A DNA stretch of 64,000 nt from positions 664 through 64,663 of the forward strand of contig JAHFFY010000008.1 of NCBI GenBank assembly GCA_023247705.1, in the 5' to 3' direction. The notes beneath the pieces were generated by a model. The model saw only the letters and a list, made by a program, of their open reading frames with translations, was not told the DNA's origin and searched no databases. A program made the position numbers and the translations under genes. This document shows, piece after piece, positions 10,042-20,552 of the stretch. The first letter of the stretch is position 1, and each line of letters opens with the position of its first letter. Source of the stretch: Candidatus Omnitrophota bacterium (lineage in GTDB: Bacteria > Omnitrophota > Gorgyraeia > Zapsychrales > JAHFFX01).

Positions 10042-11319
10042 TTATAAAGGTTTTCGAAAAGGACGGATAATCAAACGTAAACCGCGATCATAGCTGAAAT
10101 AACTCCACGTCCAATTGACAAAAACAACCAAGCGGTTGCGAAACCCCACTAAGGTCATCAAATGGACGAACATCCAGACAAACCAGGCCAATATCCCCTG
10201 GAATTTGACAAACGGAAGCTCAACGACCGCATGATTGCGGCCGACGGTGGCCATAACGCCGAGACTCTGATACTGGAAAGGAATTAATTCTTCGTTACGC
10301 AAAAGTCTGCTGAGGTTGTTCGCCAAGCAACTCCCCTGCTGAATCGCAACCGGGGCCAGCATCGGGTGACCATTTGGATTTTTCGCGGTGACCACCGCAG
10401 CGACATCTCCCAGCGCGAAGATGTTCGCATGGCCTGCGACCCGGTTATAACAATCGACCTTGATACGATTCCCAAACGAGGCTTTTTCCCCAAGCCCCGG
10501 GATCGACGCCCCCGCAACCCCCGCTGCCCAGATCACGCTTTGACTCAATAATTGTTTTCCATTCGAAAAAATAATTTTCTTCCCATCGTAAGACGTAACG
10601 CCGGTGTTGAGCCAAACATTCACATCAAACCGTTTCAGAAATTCTTCCGCCTTGATCGAAGATTGATTAGACATCGCATTCACCAACCGATCGCTTTTTT
10701 CAATGATATGGATCTGCATTTTATTGATGTCCAGTTCCGGATAATCGCGGGGCAGGATATGGTTTTTCAGTTCGCCCAAAGCACCGGCGGTCTCGATGCC
10801 CGTTGGTCCGCCGCCGACCACGACAAAGGTCATCAAACTGTCCCGTTCAGGTAAATCGACCGTCAATAACGCCTTTTCAAAATTCTGCAGCACGAGGCTC
10901 CTTAAATTTAACGCCTCCGGAATGGTTTTCATCGGGACCGCATGGGTCGCAACATCCGTCATGCCGAAAAAATTCGTCCGCGATCCGGTGGCGAGGATGA
11001 GATAATCATACTCGATCTCTCCGATCGAAGTTTCGATCGCGTTGTGCTCAGGATTGATCCTTAAGACCTCAGCCATACGGAAAATAAAATTGTTCTGATG
11101 TTTGAATATTTTGCGGATCGGAAAGGCGATCGAATCCGGCTCCAGGCCTCCGGTCGCCACCTGATACAATAACGGCTGAAACGTATGATAGTTGTTTTTA
11201 TCGAGCAGGACGATTTGAATATCTTCCCGGCTCAATTTCTTGGCAAGTTCAATCCCGCCGAATCCGCCGCCGATGATCACCACTCTGGGCTTGTTGGTGA
11301 CGCTGATATTAACCGGCAT
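10042..11319 (-). CDS. ndh: Type II NADH dehydrogenase (NDH-2)
   Basis: 425 aa; two Rossmann GxGxxG motifs (VVIIGGGFGGIE; FVVVGGGPTGIE). Confidence 0.85.
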   Translation of the reverse strand: MPVNISVTNKPRVVIIGGGFGGIELAKKLSREDIQIVLLDKNNYHTFQPLLYQVATGGLEPDSIAFPIRKIFKHQNNFIFRMAEVLRINPEHNAIETSIGEIEYDYLILATGSRTNFFGMTDVATHAVPMKTIPEALNLRSLVLQNFEKALLTVDLPERDSLMTFVVVGGGPTGIETAGALGELKNHILPRDYPELDINKMQIHIIEKSDRLVNAMSNQSSIKAEEFLKRFDVNVWLNTGVTSYDGKKIIFSNGKQLLSQSVIWAAGVAGASIPGLGEKASFGNRIKVDCYNRVAGHANIFALGDVAAVVTAKNPNGHPMLAPVAIQQGSCLANNLSRLLRNEELIPFQYQSLGVMATVGRNHAVVELPFVKFQGILAWFVWMFVHLMTLVGFRNRLVVFVNWTWSYFSYDRGLRLIIRPFRKPL

Positions 11320-11488
11320 GGATCACTCCTTTTTCGCTGCTTCTTTGGAAAGCGGAAAAAAATCAATTTTATAATATTGTACACGGTTTGAATTCCTTGT
11401 CTAGTCCCCCGACAAACTCATTTTTGAATGGACCCGGAATGAGCGGAAGCCTGAGCGTCAGCAATTTGAAAAGAATAAATTTTAAGAT

Positions 11489-12112
11489 TTAAGCTTTGGA
11501 GGCTATCTTACTCTTCATCATTTCAAAAACAATCGGAAGAAAAGACAGGAAAACAACGATGAGAATCACCCAATGAAGATATTTCTCGATATCCGGGATC
11601 AGAGAACCGACAAAATAACCGGCTAAAACAGTCAAGACCACCCATAAAACACCGCCGAAAATATTATAGAACACAAATTTCCTGTACTCCATCGCGGCCA
11701 CGCCCGCCACAGCGGGTGCGAAGGTCCGCACGAGCGGAACGAACCGGGCTAGGACGATTGTTTTCGGGCCGTACTTGTTGTAAAAGGCCTGAGTTTTCTC
11801 GAGGTGTTTTCGTTTGAAAAAAAACGAATCCTTCTTGGCAAAAAGCAGTTGACCCATCTTACGGCCGATTAAATATCCGACTTGATCTCCGATGACCGCG
11901 CACAACGGAACCAAGGTCAACAACTGGGTCAGGCTCAAATATTTCGCCGCGGCGAATATGCCCGCGGTCACAAGCAGCGAATCCCCGGGCAGAAAAAATC
12001 CGACGAATAATCCTGTTTCCACAAAGACGATGAGACAAATCGTAACTAATCCGCCCCATTCGATGATCCCGCGGACATCATAAAGATTGTGAAAAAATTC
12101 GGATATGCCCAT
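11489..12112 (-). CDS. DedA/SNARE-associated family membrane protein
   Basis: 207 aa; LPGDSLLVTAGIFAA and ARFVPLVRTFAPAVAGVAAM are DedA signatures. Confidence 0.8.
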   Translation of the reverse strand: MGISEFFHNLYDVRGIIEWGGLVTICLIVFVETGLFVGFFLPGDSLLVTAGIFAAAKYLSLTQLLTLVPLCAVIGDQVGYLIGRKMGQLLFAKKDSFFFKRKHLEKTQAFYNKYGPKTIVLARFVPLVRTFAPAVAGVAAMEYRKFVFYNIFGGVLWVVLTVLAGYFVGSLIPDIEKYLHWVILIVVFLSFLPIVFEMMKSKIASKA

Positions 12113-12134
12113 TCTTATCTTTCGTTTGATTCGA

Positions 12135-12231
12135 TTATTGAGCTTTTTCTTTCCGACTCTAAATCTCTCGCTGGCGATACCGACGTTGGTGAGAGATTTA
12201 GAGTTTCGTTTAGTAGAAAGAAGCTCAATAA
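12135..12231. repeat. Palindromic MITE/REP-like element, family A copy 1 (97 bp, TIR TTATTGAGC/GCTCAATAA)
   Basis: Near-perfect inverted arms TTATTGAGCTTTTTCTTTCCGACTCTAAATCTCTC / GAGAGATTTAGAGTTTCGTTTAGTAGAAAGAAGCTCAATAA around loop GCTGGCGATACCGACGTTGGT. Copies at 57408-57504 and 19170-19267. The atpC stop codon (12225-12227) lies in the right arm. Confidence 0.6.
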
Positions 12232-12506
12232 CTGGGATCAGATTTTTCTTCGATGGTTTCCAGGAGGACCGTCACCTTATTCTTCAACACTTCCAGAAAT
12301 CCTTTTCCTTTGGAATGAAAAACGGCATTGGAATCCTTCTCGCCACGAACCACAATTTTTCCCGGCACTAAGGTGGTCATCAGGGGGGCATGTTCAGCGA
12401 GGATCCCTAAATAGCCTATTTCTCCCGGGACGGTGATGGATTCAGCGCTGCCTTTATAAAGCGTTTTTTCCGGAATGAGGATATTAAGAAAAAATGACTT
12501 CTGCAT
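12225..12506 (-). CDS. atpC: ATP synthase F1 epsilon subunit, short form (N-terminal beta-sandwich only)
   Basis: 93 aa; follows atpD; epsilon N-domain pattern; the C-terminal helical hairpin is absent and the stop codon is inside repeat A. Confidence 0.8.
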   Translation of the reverse strand: MQKSFFLNILIPEKTLYKGSAESITVPGEIGYLGILAEHAPLMTTLVPGKIVVRGEKDSNAVFHSKGKGFLEVLKNKVTVLLETIEEKSDPSY

Positions 12507-12511
12507 GGAGA

Positions 12512-13960
<1,449 letters not shown>

Positions 13961-13967
13961 TTATAGT

Positions 13968-14078
13968 TTCCGAGTTAGCGAGTTTAACGGGTTCACGAGT
14001 TGATTGGCCCGTCGCTCAATTCGAGAACGGTCTAATAAAGAACTCGCAAAACTCGTCAACTCCGAAACTCGCGAACTC
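13968..14078. repeat. CGAGTT/AACTCG-motif palindromic element, family B copy 1 (atpG-atpD spacer)
   Basis: Left half rich in GAGTT (CCGAGTTAGCGAGTTTAACGGGTTCACGAGTTGA); right half is the reverse complement (AACTCGCAAAACTCGTCAACTCCGAAACTCGCGAACTC). Related copy at 59331-59412. Confidence 0.45.
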
Positions 14079-14083
14079 TAGAT

Positions 14084-14956
14084 CTAATTCTTCAACGCCT
14101 CCGCCCCGGAAATAATTTCAATCAACTCCTTGGTGATCGCCGCTTGCCTGGCGCGGTTGCGCAATAACGTATATTTCGCGATCAAATCTGTGGCGTTCTG
14201 TGTCGCTTTGTCCATCGCCGTCATCCGCGCGCCGTGTTCACCGGCGGAATTTTCCAGCAGCGTATAATAAATCTTATAATAAAAAAACGTCTGGACCAAA
14301 GACTGCAGAAGCTCTTCCTGTCCCGGTTCCAAAATATAATCGGAGGCCGTCGCCCCTCCTTGATCCAACAGCTCAGATGACTGGATCGGCAGGATTTTTT
14401 CGATGGCCGGCACTTGCGAAAGCGGATTATTGAATCGATTGAATGCAATATACACCTCATCACAATTTCCGGAACAAAATGCCTCGCGAAGATCATCCGC
14501 CATTCTTCTCGTCGCCATAAAATCGAATTTGGTCGCCAGGCCTTCATAATTCTTTTTAATCGCCAAATGGTTTCGAAAGGCCATCCACCCCCGCTTGCCG
14601 CAACAGATCATCTCAATGTGTTCATAACGCCCTTTCATCTCCTTGAGCCAGTTAAAAATTTTTTTTATCAGATTATTATTAAACCCGCCGCATAATCCTT
14701 TATCAGATGAGATAACAACGATCAGTAATTTCTTAACCGGATACCGCGCAAACAAGAGCGGATGGGACGTTGAATCGACGGAAGCGCTGAGCCGGGCGAT
14801 CAATCCGGTCAGTTCCCGCGCGTAATGTTTGGCATTGATCTGTTTGTGATGGATCTGGCGTAATTTGCTCGCCGACACCAATTTCATCGTGCGCGTCATC
14901 TTTTTGGTGTTCGCGAGGCTCTTTAACTTCGCTTTGTATTCTTTGATGGTTGGCAT
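14084..14956 (-). CDS. atpG: ATP synthase F1 gamma subunit
   Basis: 290 aa; N-terminus MPTIKEYKAKLKSLANTKKMTRTMKLVSASKLRQ; ends with TAG-I-TAG double stop. Confidence 0.95.
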   Translation of the reverse strand: MPTIKEYKAKLKSLANTKKMTRTMKLVSASKLRQIHHKQINAKHYARELTGLIARLSASVDSTSHPLLFARYPVKKLLIVVISSDKGLCGGFNNNLIKKIFNWLKEMKGRYEHIEMICCGKRGWMAFRNHLAIKKNYEGLATKFDFMATRRMADDLREAFCSGNCDEVYIAFNRFNNPLSQVPAIEKILPIQSSELLDQGGATASDYILEPGQEELLQSLVQTFFYYKIYYTLLENSAGEHGARMTAMDKATQNATDLIAKYTLLRNRARQAAITKELIEIISGAEALKN

Positions 14957-15022
14957 GGGGTGAAAAAAATGTTAGATGTTAGATGCTGGCTGTTAGACGC
15001 ATCTAACGATTATCAATAATTC

Positions 15023-16582
15023 CTATCCCAACGACTGAAACGTCCTCTTGAAATCCGTCAGGAGCTTATTCAATTCTTGTTTGACCGGTTCGGTCAACGC
15101 CTTTTCTTTATAAAAAAGTTTGACAAACTCGGCGTACGTCGAATCCAGCGCCTCAAACAGTTTGGCTTCAAAATCCGGGATCTTCTTGACTGCAATATCA
15201 TCCAGATAACCGTTGGTGCCCGCAAAAATAATCACCACCTGTTTGACGACCGCCAGCGGAACATGGATCCCTTGTTTGATAACCACCATCAAACGCTGAC
15301 CGCGTTCCAGTTGCCGTCGGGTAGCCGCGTCCAAATCGCTGGCGAATTGCGAAAAGGCCGCCAGTTCACGGTACTGCGCCAGATCCAGACGCAAGGTCCC
15401 GGCGGTTTGTTTCATCGCCTTGATCTGGGCATCGCCGCCGACACGCGAAACGGAAATCCCCGGGTTGATGGCCGGACGCTGACCGGCGTTAAACAAATCG
15501 GATTCCAAAAAAATCTGACCATCGGTGATCGAAATAACGTTCGTAGGAATGTACCCGGAAACGTCGCCGGCCTGGGTTTCGATAATCGGCAACGATGTCA
15601 AACTGCCCCCGCCTTTTTTGCTGTTCATTTTGGCGGAGCGTTCCAACAGACGGCTGTGCAGATAAAAGATATCGCCCGGATACGCCTCTCTTCCCGGTGG
15701 ACGGCGCAAAAGCAACGACAACTGACGGTACGACTGGGCCTGTTTGCTCAAATCATCATAAATAATCAAGGCATGCCGGCCGCTGTCGCGGTAAAACTCG
15801 GCCATCGCAGTGGCGGAATAGGCGGCCAAAAACTGCATCGGCGCCGGATCAGAGGCAGTCGCCGCCACAATCGTCGTGTATTCCATGGCCCCATATTTTT
15901 TTAATGTCTCATAAATCTCAACGACGGTCGAACGTTTTTGTCCGATCGCCACATAAAAGCAGTAAACGCTTTCGCCGCGCTGGTTGATGATCGTGTCGAT
16001 CGCCAGGGCCGTCTTGCCGGTCTTGCGGTCGCCGATAATCAGCTCGCGCTGTCCGCGACCGATCGGCGTCAACGCATCGATAACTTTGATTCCGGTCTGT
16101 AAAGGTTCATGCACATCCTGGCGTTCAATAATGCCGGGGGCCTTCGATTCAATCGGACGAAATTCCTTGGCCTGAATCGGCGCGTTTCCATCGATGGTCA
16201 CTCCCAACGCGTCCACGATCCGGCCCAACAAACATTCTCCGACCGGAACCGATGCCAAGCGCTGGGTCCGTTTCACCTGGTCGCCTTCCTTAACGCTGAA
16301 ATCCTCGCCGAAGACCGCAACCCCGACGTTGTCTTCCTCCAGGTTCATGGCCATACCGATGACCCCGCTCTCAAACTCAACCAACTCCCCCGCCATGACC
16401 TGAGCGAGACCATAAACCCGCGCAATCCCGTCGCTCATGCTTAACACCGTTCCGACCTCATAACTGGTGGCCCGGGTTTCAAAGTCTCCTAATTGTTTTT
16501 TGATAATGGCTGAAATTTCTGAGGGTTTAATATCCATAGGGCCCTGGCTCTCCTTCCAAAAAAATCGCTCTCGCGTGATCAT
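15023..16582 (-). CDS. atpA: ATP synthase F1 alpha subunit
   Basis: 519 aa; Walker A GDRKTGKT; alpha-subunit similarity. Confidence 0.97.
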   Translation of the reverse strand: MITRERFFWKESQGPMDIKPSEISAIIKKQLGDFETRATSYEVGTVLSMSDGIARVYGLAQVMAGELVEFESGVIGMAMNLEEDNVGVAVFGEDFSVKEGDQVKRTQRLASVPVGECLLGRIVDALGVTIDGNAPIQAKEFRPIESKAPGIIERQDVHEPLQTGIKVIDALTPIGRGQRELIIGDRKTGKTALAIDTIINQRGESVYCFYVAIGQKRSTVVEIYETLKKYGAMEYTTIVAATASDPAPMQFLAAYSATAMAEFYRDSGRHALIIYDDLSKQAQSYRQLSLLLRRPPGREAYPGDIFYLHSRLLERSAKMNSKKGGGSLTSLPIIETQAGDVSGYIPTNVISITDGQIFLESDLFNAGQRPAINPGISVSRVGGDAQIKAMKQTAGTLRLDLAQYRELAAFSQFASDLDAATRRQLERGQRLMVVIKQGIHVPLAVVKQVVIIFAGTNGYLDDIAVKKIPDFEAKLFEALDSTYAEFVKLFYKEKALTEPVKQELNKLLTDFKRTFQSLG

Positions 16583-16691
16583 TCACCAGCGATTTTCGCA
16601 ACCCACCTGCTTTCTTTTCGAAGAAAACAAGGGGGGAATGATTATATACTTTTCCAAAATTCTTATACAGCAAAAAACAACCCGATGACGC

Positions 16692-17249
16692 TCACCTCTT
16701 CATCACCGACAACTCAAATACCTCCAACTGATGTTTGATCGTGAAATCATAAATCAGATCGCCCACCGCGATTTTAAATCCGCCTAACAATTGGGAATCA
16801 ATCTGAAAAAACGGCTGAATGTCCTTTTTGAAATAAGCTTTTAGTTTGCTGCTGATCTGCTGGACCTGTTCCGGTTTTAAAGGACACACACTGGCGATCT
16901 TCACGTTCATGATCCCGGTTTTTTGCAGATAAAAATTTTCGAATCCTTCAGCGATGGCCGGGAATTGAGAAAGCCGTCGACGCTTGATCAAAAAATTCAG
17001 GAAAGCATAGGTCAAAGGATTCATTTTTGTCTTGAAGGCTTCCTCGATAATTTGCTGCTGTTTGTTTTCCGGGATGATGGGATTCTTCAAAAACCCGGCC
17101 AACTCCGGACTCGCCTTGACGGCCGCCAAAAGAGATTTCAAATCCTCATAGACCTCTTTCAAAGCGCCCTTGTCCTGGGCCAAATCAAATAACGCCTGGG
17201 CGTAACGCGGCGCGGATTTCGTTTTCATTGGATGGATTCCGGTTTCCAA
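16692..17249 (-). CDS. atpH: ATP synthase delta (OSCP) subunit
   Basis: 185 aa; position and delta-like N-terminus (RYAQALFDLAQDKG). Confidence 0.85.
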   Translation of the reverse strand: METGIHPMKTKSAPRYAQALFDLAQDKGALKEVYEDLKSLLAAVKASPELAGFLKNPIIPENKQQQIIEEAFKTKMNPLTYAFLNFLIKRRRLSQFPAIAEGFENFYLQKTGIMNVKIASVCPLKPEQVQQISSKLKAYFKKDIQPFFQIDSQLLGGFKIAVGDLIYDFTIKHQLEVFELSVMKR

Positions 17250-17788
17250 TCTTTAATAAACTGGTCGATTAGTTTCTGCTGTTTGGATTCGTCCAGGTTT
17301 TCCTTGAGGATTTTCTGGGCCAAACCGACCGCCCAATGAACGCTTTCCTGGCGCAGCGTAATTTGCGCCTTTTCAATTATCTTCTTAATTTCCTGGTTGG
17401 CGTTCGTGAGCATGATCTGGGCTTCTTCTTTGGCCTGATGTTCGATCACCTTGGCCGCTTCAACGGCTGCCTTGCGCGAACGTTCGACAATTATTTTGGC
17501 CTGTTCATCCGCCTCTTTGATCATCTGGCGGCTCGCCTCCTGAACCTTTTGCAATTCTTCTTTGGCTTTCTTGGCATCATCTAAAGACTGACGGATCGTA
17601 TTCTCCCGCGCTTCTAATACCGCAAGGATCGGCTTCCAGGCAAACTTATAAAGGATCGCCAACAAAATAAAAAACGTGACATACGATAAGACCGCGATCG
17701 TACTATCGGGACTCATCAGCCCGCCCTGCGCTGCACCGGCGTGGCCTTCCTGCGCATCGACTTCAATTGTTTCGGCGTAAGCGAACAT
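17225..17788 (-). CDS. atpF: ATP synthase Fo subunit b
   Basis: 187 aa; single N-terminal TM then long charged coiled-coil; position between c and delta. Confidence 0.85.
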   Translation of the reverse strand: MFAYAETIEVDAQEGHAGAAQGGLMSPDSTIAVLSYVTFFILLAILYKFAWKPILAVLEARENTIRQSLDDAKKAKEELQKVQEASRQMIKEADEQAKIIVERSRKAAVEAAKVIEHQAKEEAQIMLTNANQEIKKIIEKAQITLRQESVHWAVGLAQKILKENLDESKQQKLIDQFIKDWKPESIQ

Positions 17789-17871
17789 AAATAAACGTTA
17801 AACTCCTTTAGCATCAATGAATGGATAGAATCAGTTCCGGTTTTCGGAAAAAGACTCTCTTCATCTTAAAA

Positions 17872-18099
17872 TTATTTAAGCGCCATGAAACAGATCACCG
17901 CGGCAAAAAGCGCAACCCCTTCGATCAAGGCGGCCGCGACCAACATCGCCGTCTGGATTTTACCGGCCATCTCCGGCTGACGGGCCATGGCCGTCAAAGC
18001 GCTGGCCGCGAGTTGTCCGACACCGATCCCGACACCAATGGCGACCAACCCCGCCCCGACAGCGGCAAAACTTCCATGAAATACTTGACTTGCTTCCAT
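17872..18099 (-). CDS. atpE: ATP synthase Fo subunit c
   Basis: 75 aa; two TM helices with conserved MARQPE loop and carboxylate helix (AALIEGVALFAAV). Confidence 0.9.
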   Translation of the reverse strand: MEASQVFHGSFAAVGAGLVAIGVGIGVGQLAASALTAMARQPEMAGKIQTAMLVAAALIEGVALFAAVICFMALK

Positions 18100-18170
18100 G
18101 TGACCTCTCTTTCTTGTTATTCTTTTGATCTAACCGATCACCTTAAAAACGGTTTAATTATTTTTCCAGA

Positions 18171-18932
18171 TCAATGCTCCGGATGATACATCTGCCCGAT
18201 GAAAAGGGCAGAGAGCAACGTAAAAATATACGCCTGCAAAAAAGAAACAAACACTTCCAGAAGCGAAATAAAGACCGCCAAAAAAACCACCGGCAAGGCA
18301 ACGAGTCCCAAAATCACAACCAGACTCAAAATCGCCAGGATCACAATGTGTCCGGCAAGCATATTGGCAAAAAGACGGATCATCAACGCGAACGCCTTGA
18401 TGAAAACCCCCATAAATTCAATCGGTGTTAAAATCAACAAAACCGGCAACGGCACGCCCGATGGGACAAAAATTTTGATAAAGTGTACAAACCCATTCTT
18501 GTAGATTGATCCCAAGATCATAAAAGACAAGACCGACAGCGCCAGCCCGCAAGTCAGGCTGACGTTCGAGGTAACCGTTGGAAAAACCGGGATCAATCCC
18601 AGCAGATTAGACATCAGGATAAAAAAGAAATACGTGCAAAAAAGCGGCGTCATTTTCCGGCCGTCTTCGGGGCCCAGGCAGGCGATCGAAATTTCATCAC
18701 GGATAAAAACGACGAACATCTCCAGCAGATTGGTCATTCCGGTCGGGACGCCGGCCGTTTTCTTATAGACAAACCCGAAGATAAAAATCAGCAGACAACT
18801 GACAACGAGAAGAAACAACGTGTGGACGGTCAGAAAAGAAGGCAAATGGACCGCAGGAAGAAAAGGAGCAGGATGCCAGGCATGAGAATTTTGCAGATGT
18901 TTAATAATATATTTTGCGGGATCAAATTCCAT
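18171..18932 (-). CDS. atpB: ATP synthase Fo subunit a
   Basis: 253 aa; polytopic; conserved RLFANMLAGH motif. Confidence 0.9.
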   Translation of the reverse strand: MEFDPAKYIIKHLQNSHAWHPAPFLPAVHLPSFLTVHTLFLLVVSCLLIFIFGFVYKKTAGVPTGMTNLLEMFVVFIRDEISIACLGPEDGRKMTPLFCTYFFFILMSNLLGLIPVFPTVTSNVSLTCGLALSVLSFMILGSIYKNGFVHFIKIFVPSGVPLPVLLILTPIEFMGVFIKAFALMIRLFANMLAGHIVILAILSLVVILGLVALPVVFLAVFISLLEVFVSFLQAYIFTLLSALFIGQMYHPEH

Positions 18933-18970
18933 AAAAATAAATTCGTTATTGAGCTTTTCTTTCCCCTATT

Positions 18971-19186
18971 CTAAGGATCTTTCTTGGGCCGAGAATCATG
19001 ATCTCCTTTGCTTAATAACTTCCACGCCTCATAACCGCAATACAACAACCCCACAAACATACCGATCAACGTCCAGTATTCGGTTCCTTTGCGTTGATCG
19101 ATCCAATAACCGATACCGGAAAAAACAATCATCCCGCTGACCAGATTAAAACCAAAGGAAATCGCATTATTATTGAGCTTTCCCAT
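18971..19186 (-). CDS. AtpZ/AtpI-like small membrane protein preceding atpB
   Basis: 71 aa; two TM helices; operon position. The start codon and first six codons are encoded by the terminal arm of a family-A repeat (19170-19267). Confidence 0.55.
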   Translation of the reverse strand: MGKLNNNAISFGFNLVSGMIVFSGIGYWIDQRKGTEYWTLIGMFVGLLYCGYEAWKLLSKGDHDSRPKKDP

Positions 19187-19267
19187 TTAAATTCCAAATC
19201 TCCCTCTTGTCATGTGAACGCTGTCGGGAGATTTAGAGTTCTGCTTACTTAAAAAGAAGCTCAATAA
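19170..19267. repeat. Palindromic element family A copy 3 (diverged), overlapping the atpZ-like start codon
   Basis: TTATTGAGCTTTCCCATTTAAATTCCAAATCTCCC...GGGAGATTTAGAGTTCTGCTTACTTAAAAAGAAGCTCAATAA; same termini and length class as copies 1 and 2. Confidence 0.5.
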
Positions 19268-19428
19268 GCCTTTCCTTTCCAGGTCCCAATCGCCCCTGCC
19301 TCTCTTCAATCTTATTGGTCTTTTTCTTTAAAAAGTGGCCTTATAATATCATAAGAATTTGAAAGTCAAAATAAAAAATATTAAATCAAACACCATGTCC
19401 CAAGAGAGGGGAAATTGTTGATTCTGAA

Positions 19429-20193
19429 TTAAATAAAGAGAAAAATAACCGCAACTACGATCCGGTAAACCCCAAACCAGGTAAAGTTATGTTGTTTGAT
19501 GAAATGCAGCAAAAATTTGATACTGAAGATCGCCACGACAAACGATACGATAAATCCGACCAACAATAATTTGAATTGCGATACCGAAAATTCATGGGCG
19601 TGTTTGATCAGATCCAACCCCGTGGCCGCCAGCATGGTCGGCGCGGCCAATAAAAAGGAAAACTCTACGATCACGGTCCGTTTGATGCCGATCGCCAATC
19701 CCCCCAGGATCGTCGCGGCGGAACGGGAAACCCCGGGGACCATCGCCAGAGATTGAAACAACCCGACCATAAAAGCTTTGGGGTAAGAAATTTTTTCCAG
19801 CTCCCGGACTGCATCCTTCCGTTCATGATAAAAAAATTCGAACACAATAATAATGACACCGCCAATTAAAAGCGACCACAACACCACCTGGATGTTTTCC
19901 ATCAGGATGTGTTTGATCATCTTGTAAAGGACTAATCCCATCACCGCGGTTGGGACAAAGGCGACACACACCCGGCTTAAGATTTTCCGGTTCAGGATAA
20001 ATTTCTGCCAATACAAAACAACGACCGACAAAATTGCGCCCAACTGAATGGAGATATCGAATGTCTTCAGATATTCGGTTGATGGCAAACTTAATAACTT
20101 GGAAGTTAACAACAAATGCCCGGTTGAGGACACCGGCAAGAATTCGGTGCCCCCTTCCACCAGGCCCAACACGACCGTATCAAGCATATTCAT
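19429..20193 (-). CDS. uppP: Undecaprenyl-diphosphate phosphatase (BacA/UppP)
   Basis: 254 aa; polytopic; LPVSSTGHLLL near the N-terminus is the UppP motif. Confidence 0.9.
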   Translation of the reverse strand: MNMLDTVVLGLVEGGTEFLPVSSTGHLLLTSKLLSLPSTEYLKTFDISIQLGAILSVVVLYWQKFILNRKILSRVCVAFVPTAVMGLVLYKMIKHILMENIQVVLWSLLIGGVIIIVFEFFYHERKDAVRELEKISYPKAFMVGLFQSLAMVPGVSRSAATILGGLAIGIKRTVIVEFSFLLAAPTMLAATGLDLIKHAHEFSVSQFKLLLVGFIVSFVVAIFSIKFLLHFIKQHNFTWFGVYRIVVAVIFLFI

Positions 20194-20219
20194 CTTTTAT
20201 TTCGCTCCGTTTAGTCTTT

Positions 20220-20552
20220 TTAATTTAATCCAAACAGCGATTTACTATACACATGAATAGCCAGAGCTGCAAGCGGCAAGGCATATTTTCCCTCAAGGCA
20301 TATTTTCCGGGCATATTTTCTCACTTGGAAAATCCAGACAAAAACAACACCCAAAGACAAATAGCGCATCGGTATTTCCGTATTTTCTCCTGTTCTTCCA
20401 TCCGTTGGGTTCAGGAAGGAGTCCTTCATCACAATCATATGCCGGGGGACTGCAACCGCCATCGTACAGCCGATCCCTAGATAAAAAATCGGTATCAAAA
20501 ATCCAAGAATCCAGACGATTCCGCCCAGAATTGGCGGCAGGCTTCGATTCAT
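20220..20552 (-). CDS. Hypothetical membrane protein (110 aa)
   Basis: Hydrophobic; 4-bp ATGA overlap with the upstream ArsR-like ORF. Confidence 0.35.
   Translation of the reverse strand: MNRSLPPILGGIVWILGFLIPIFYLGIGCTMAVAVPRHMIVMKDSFLNPTDGRTGENTEIPMRYLSLGVVFVWIFQVRKYARKICLEGKYALPLAALAIHVYSKSLFGLN

Noticed and set aside
15077-15904. 275-aa plus-strand ORF
   Set aside because: Antisense to atpA; R/G/Q-rich composition typical of a shadow ORF in a GC-rich gene.
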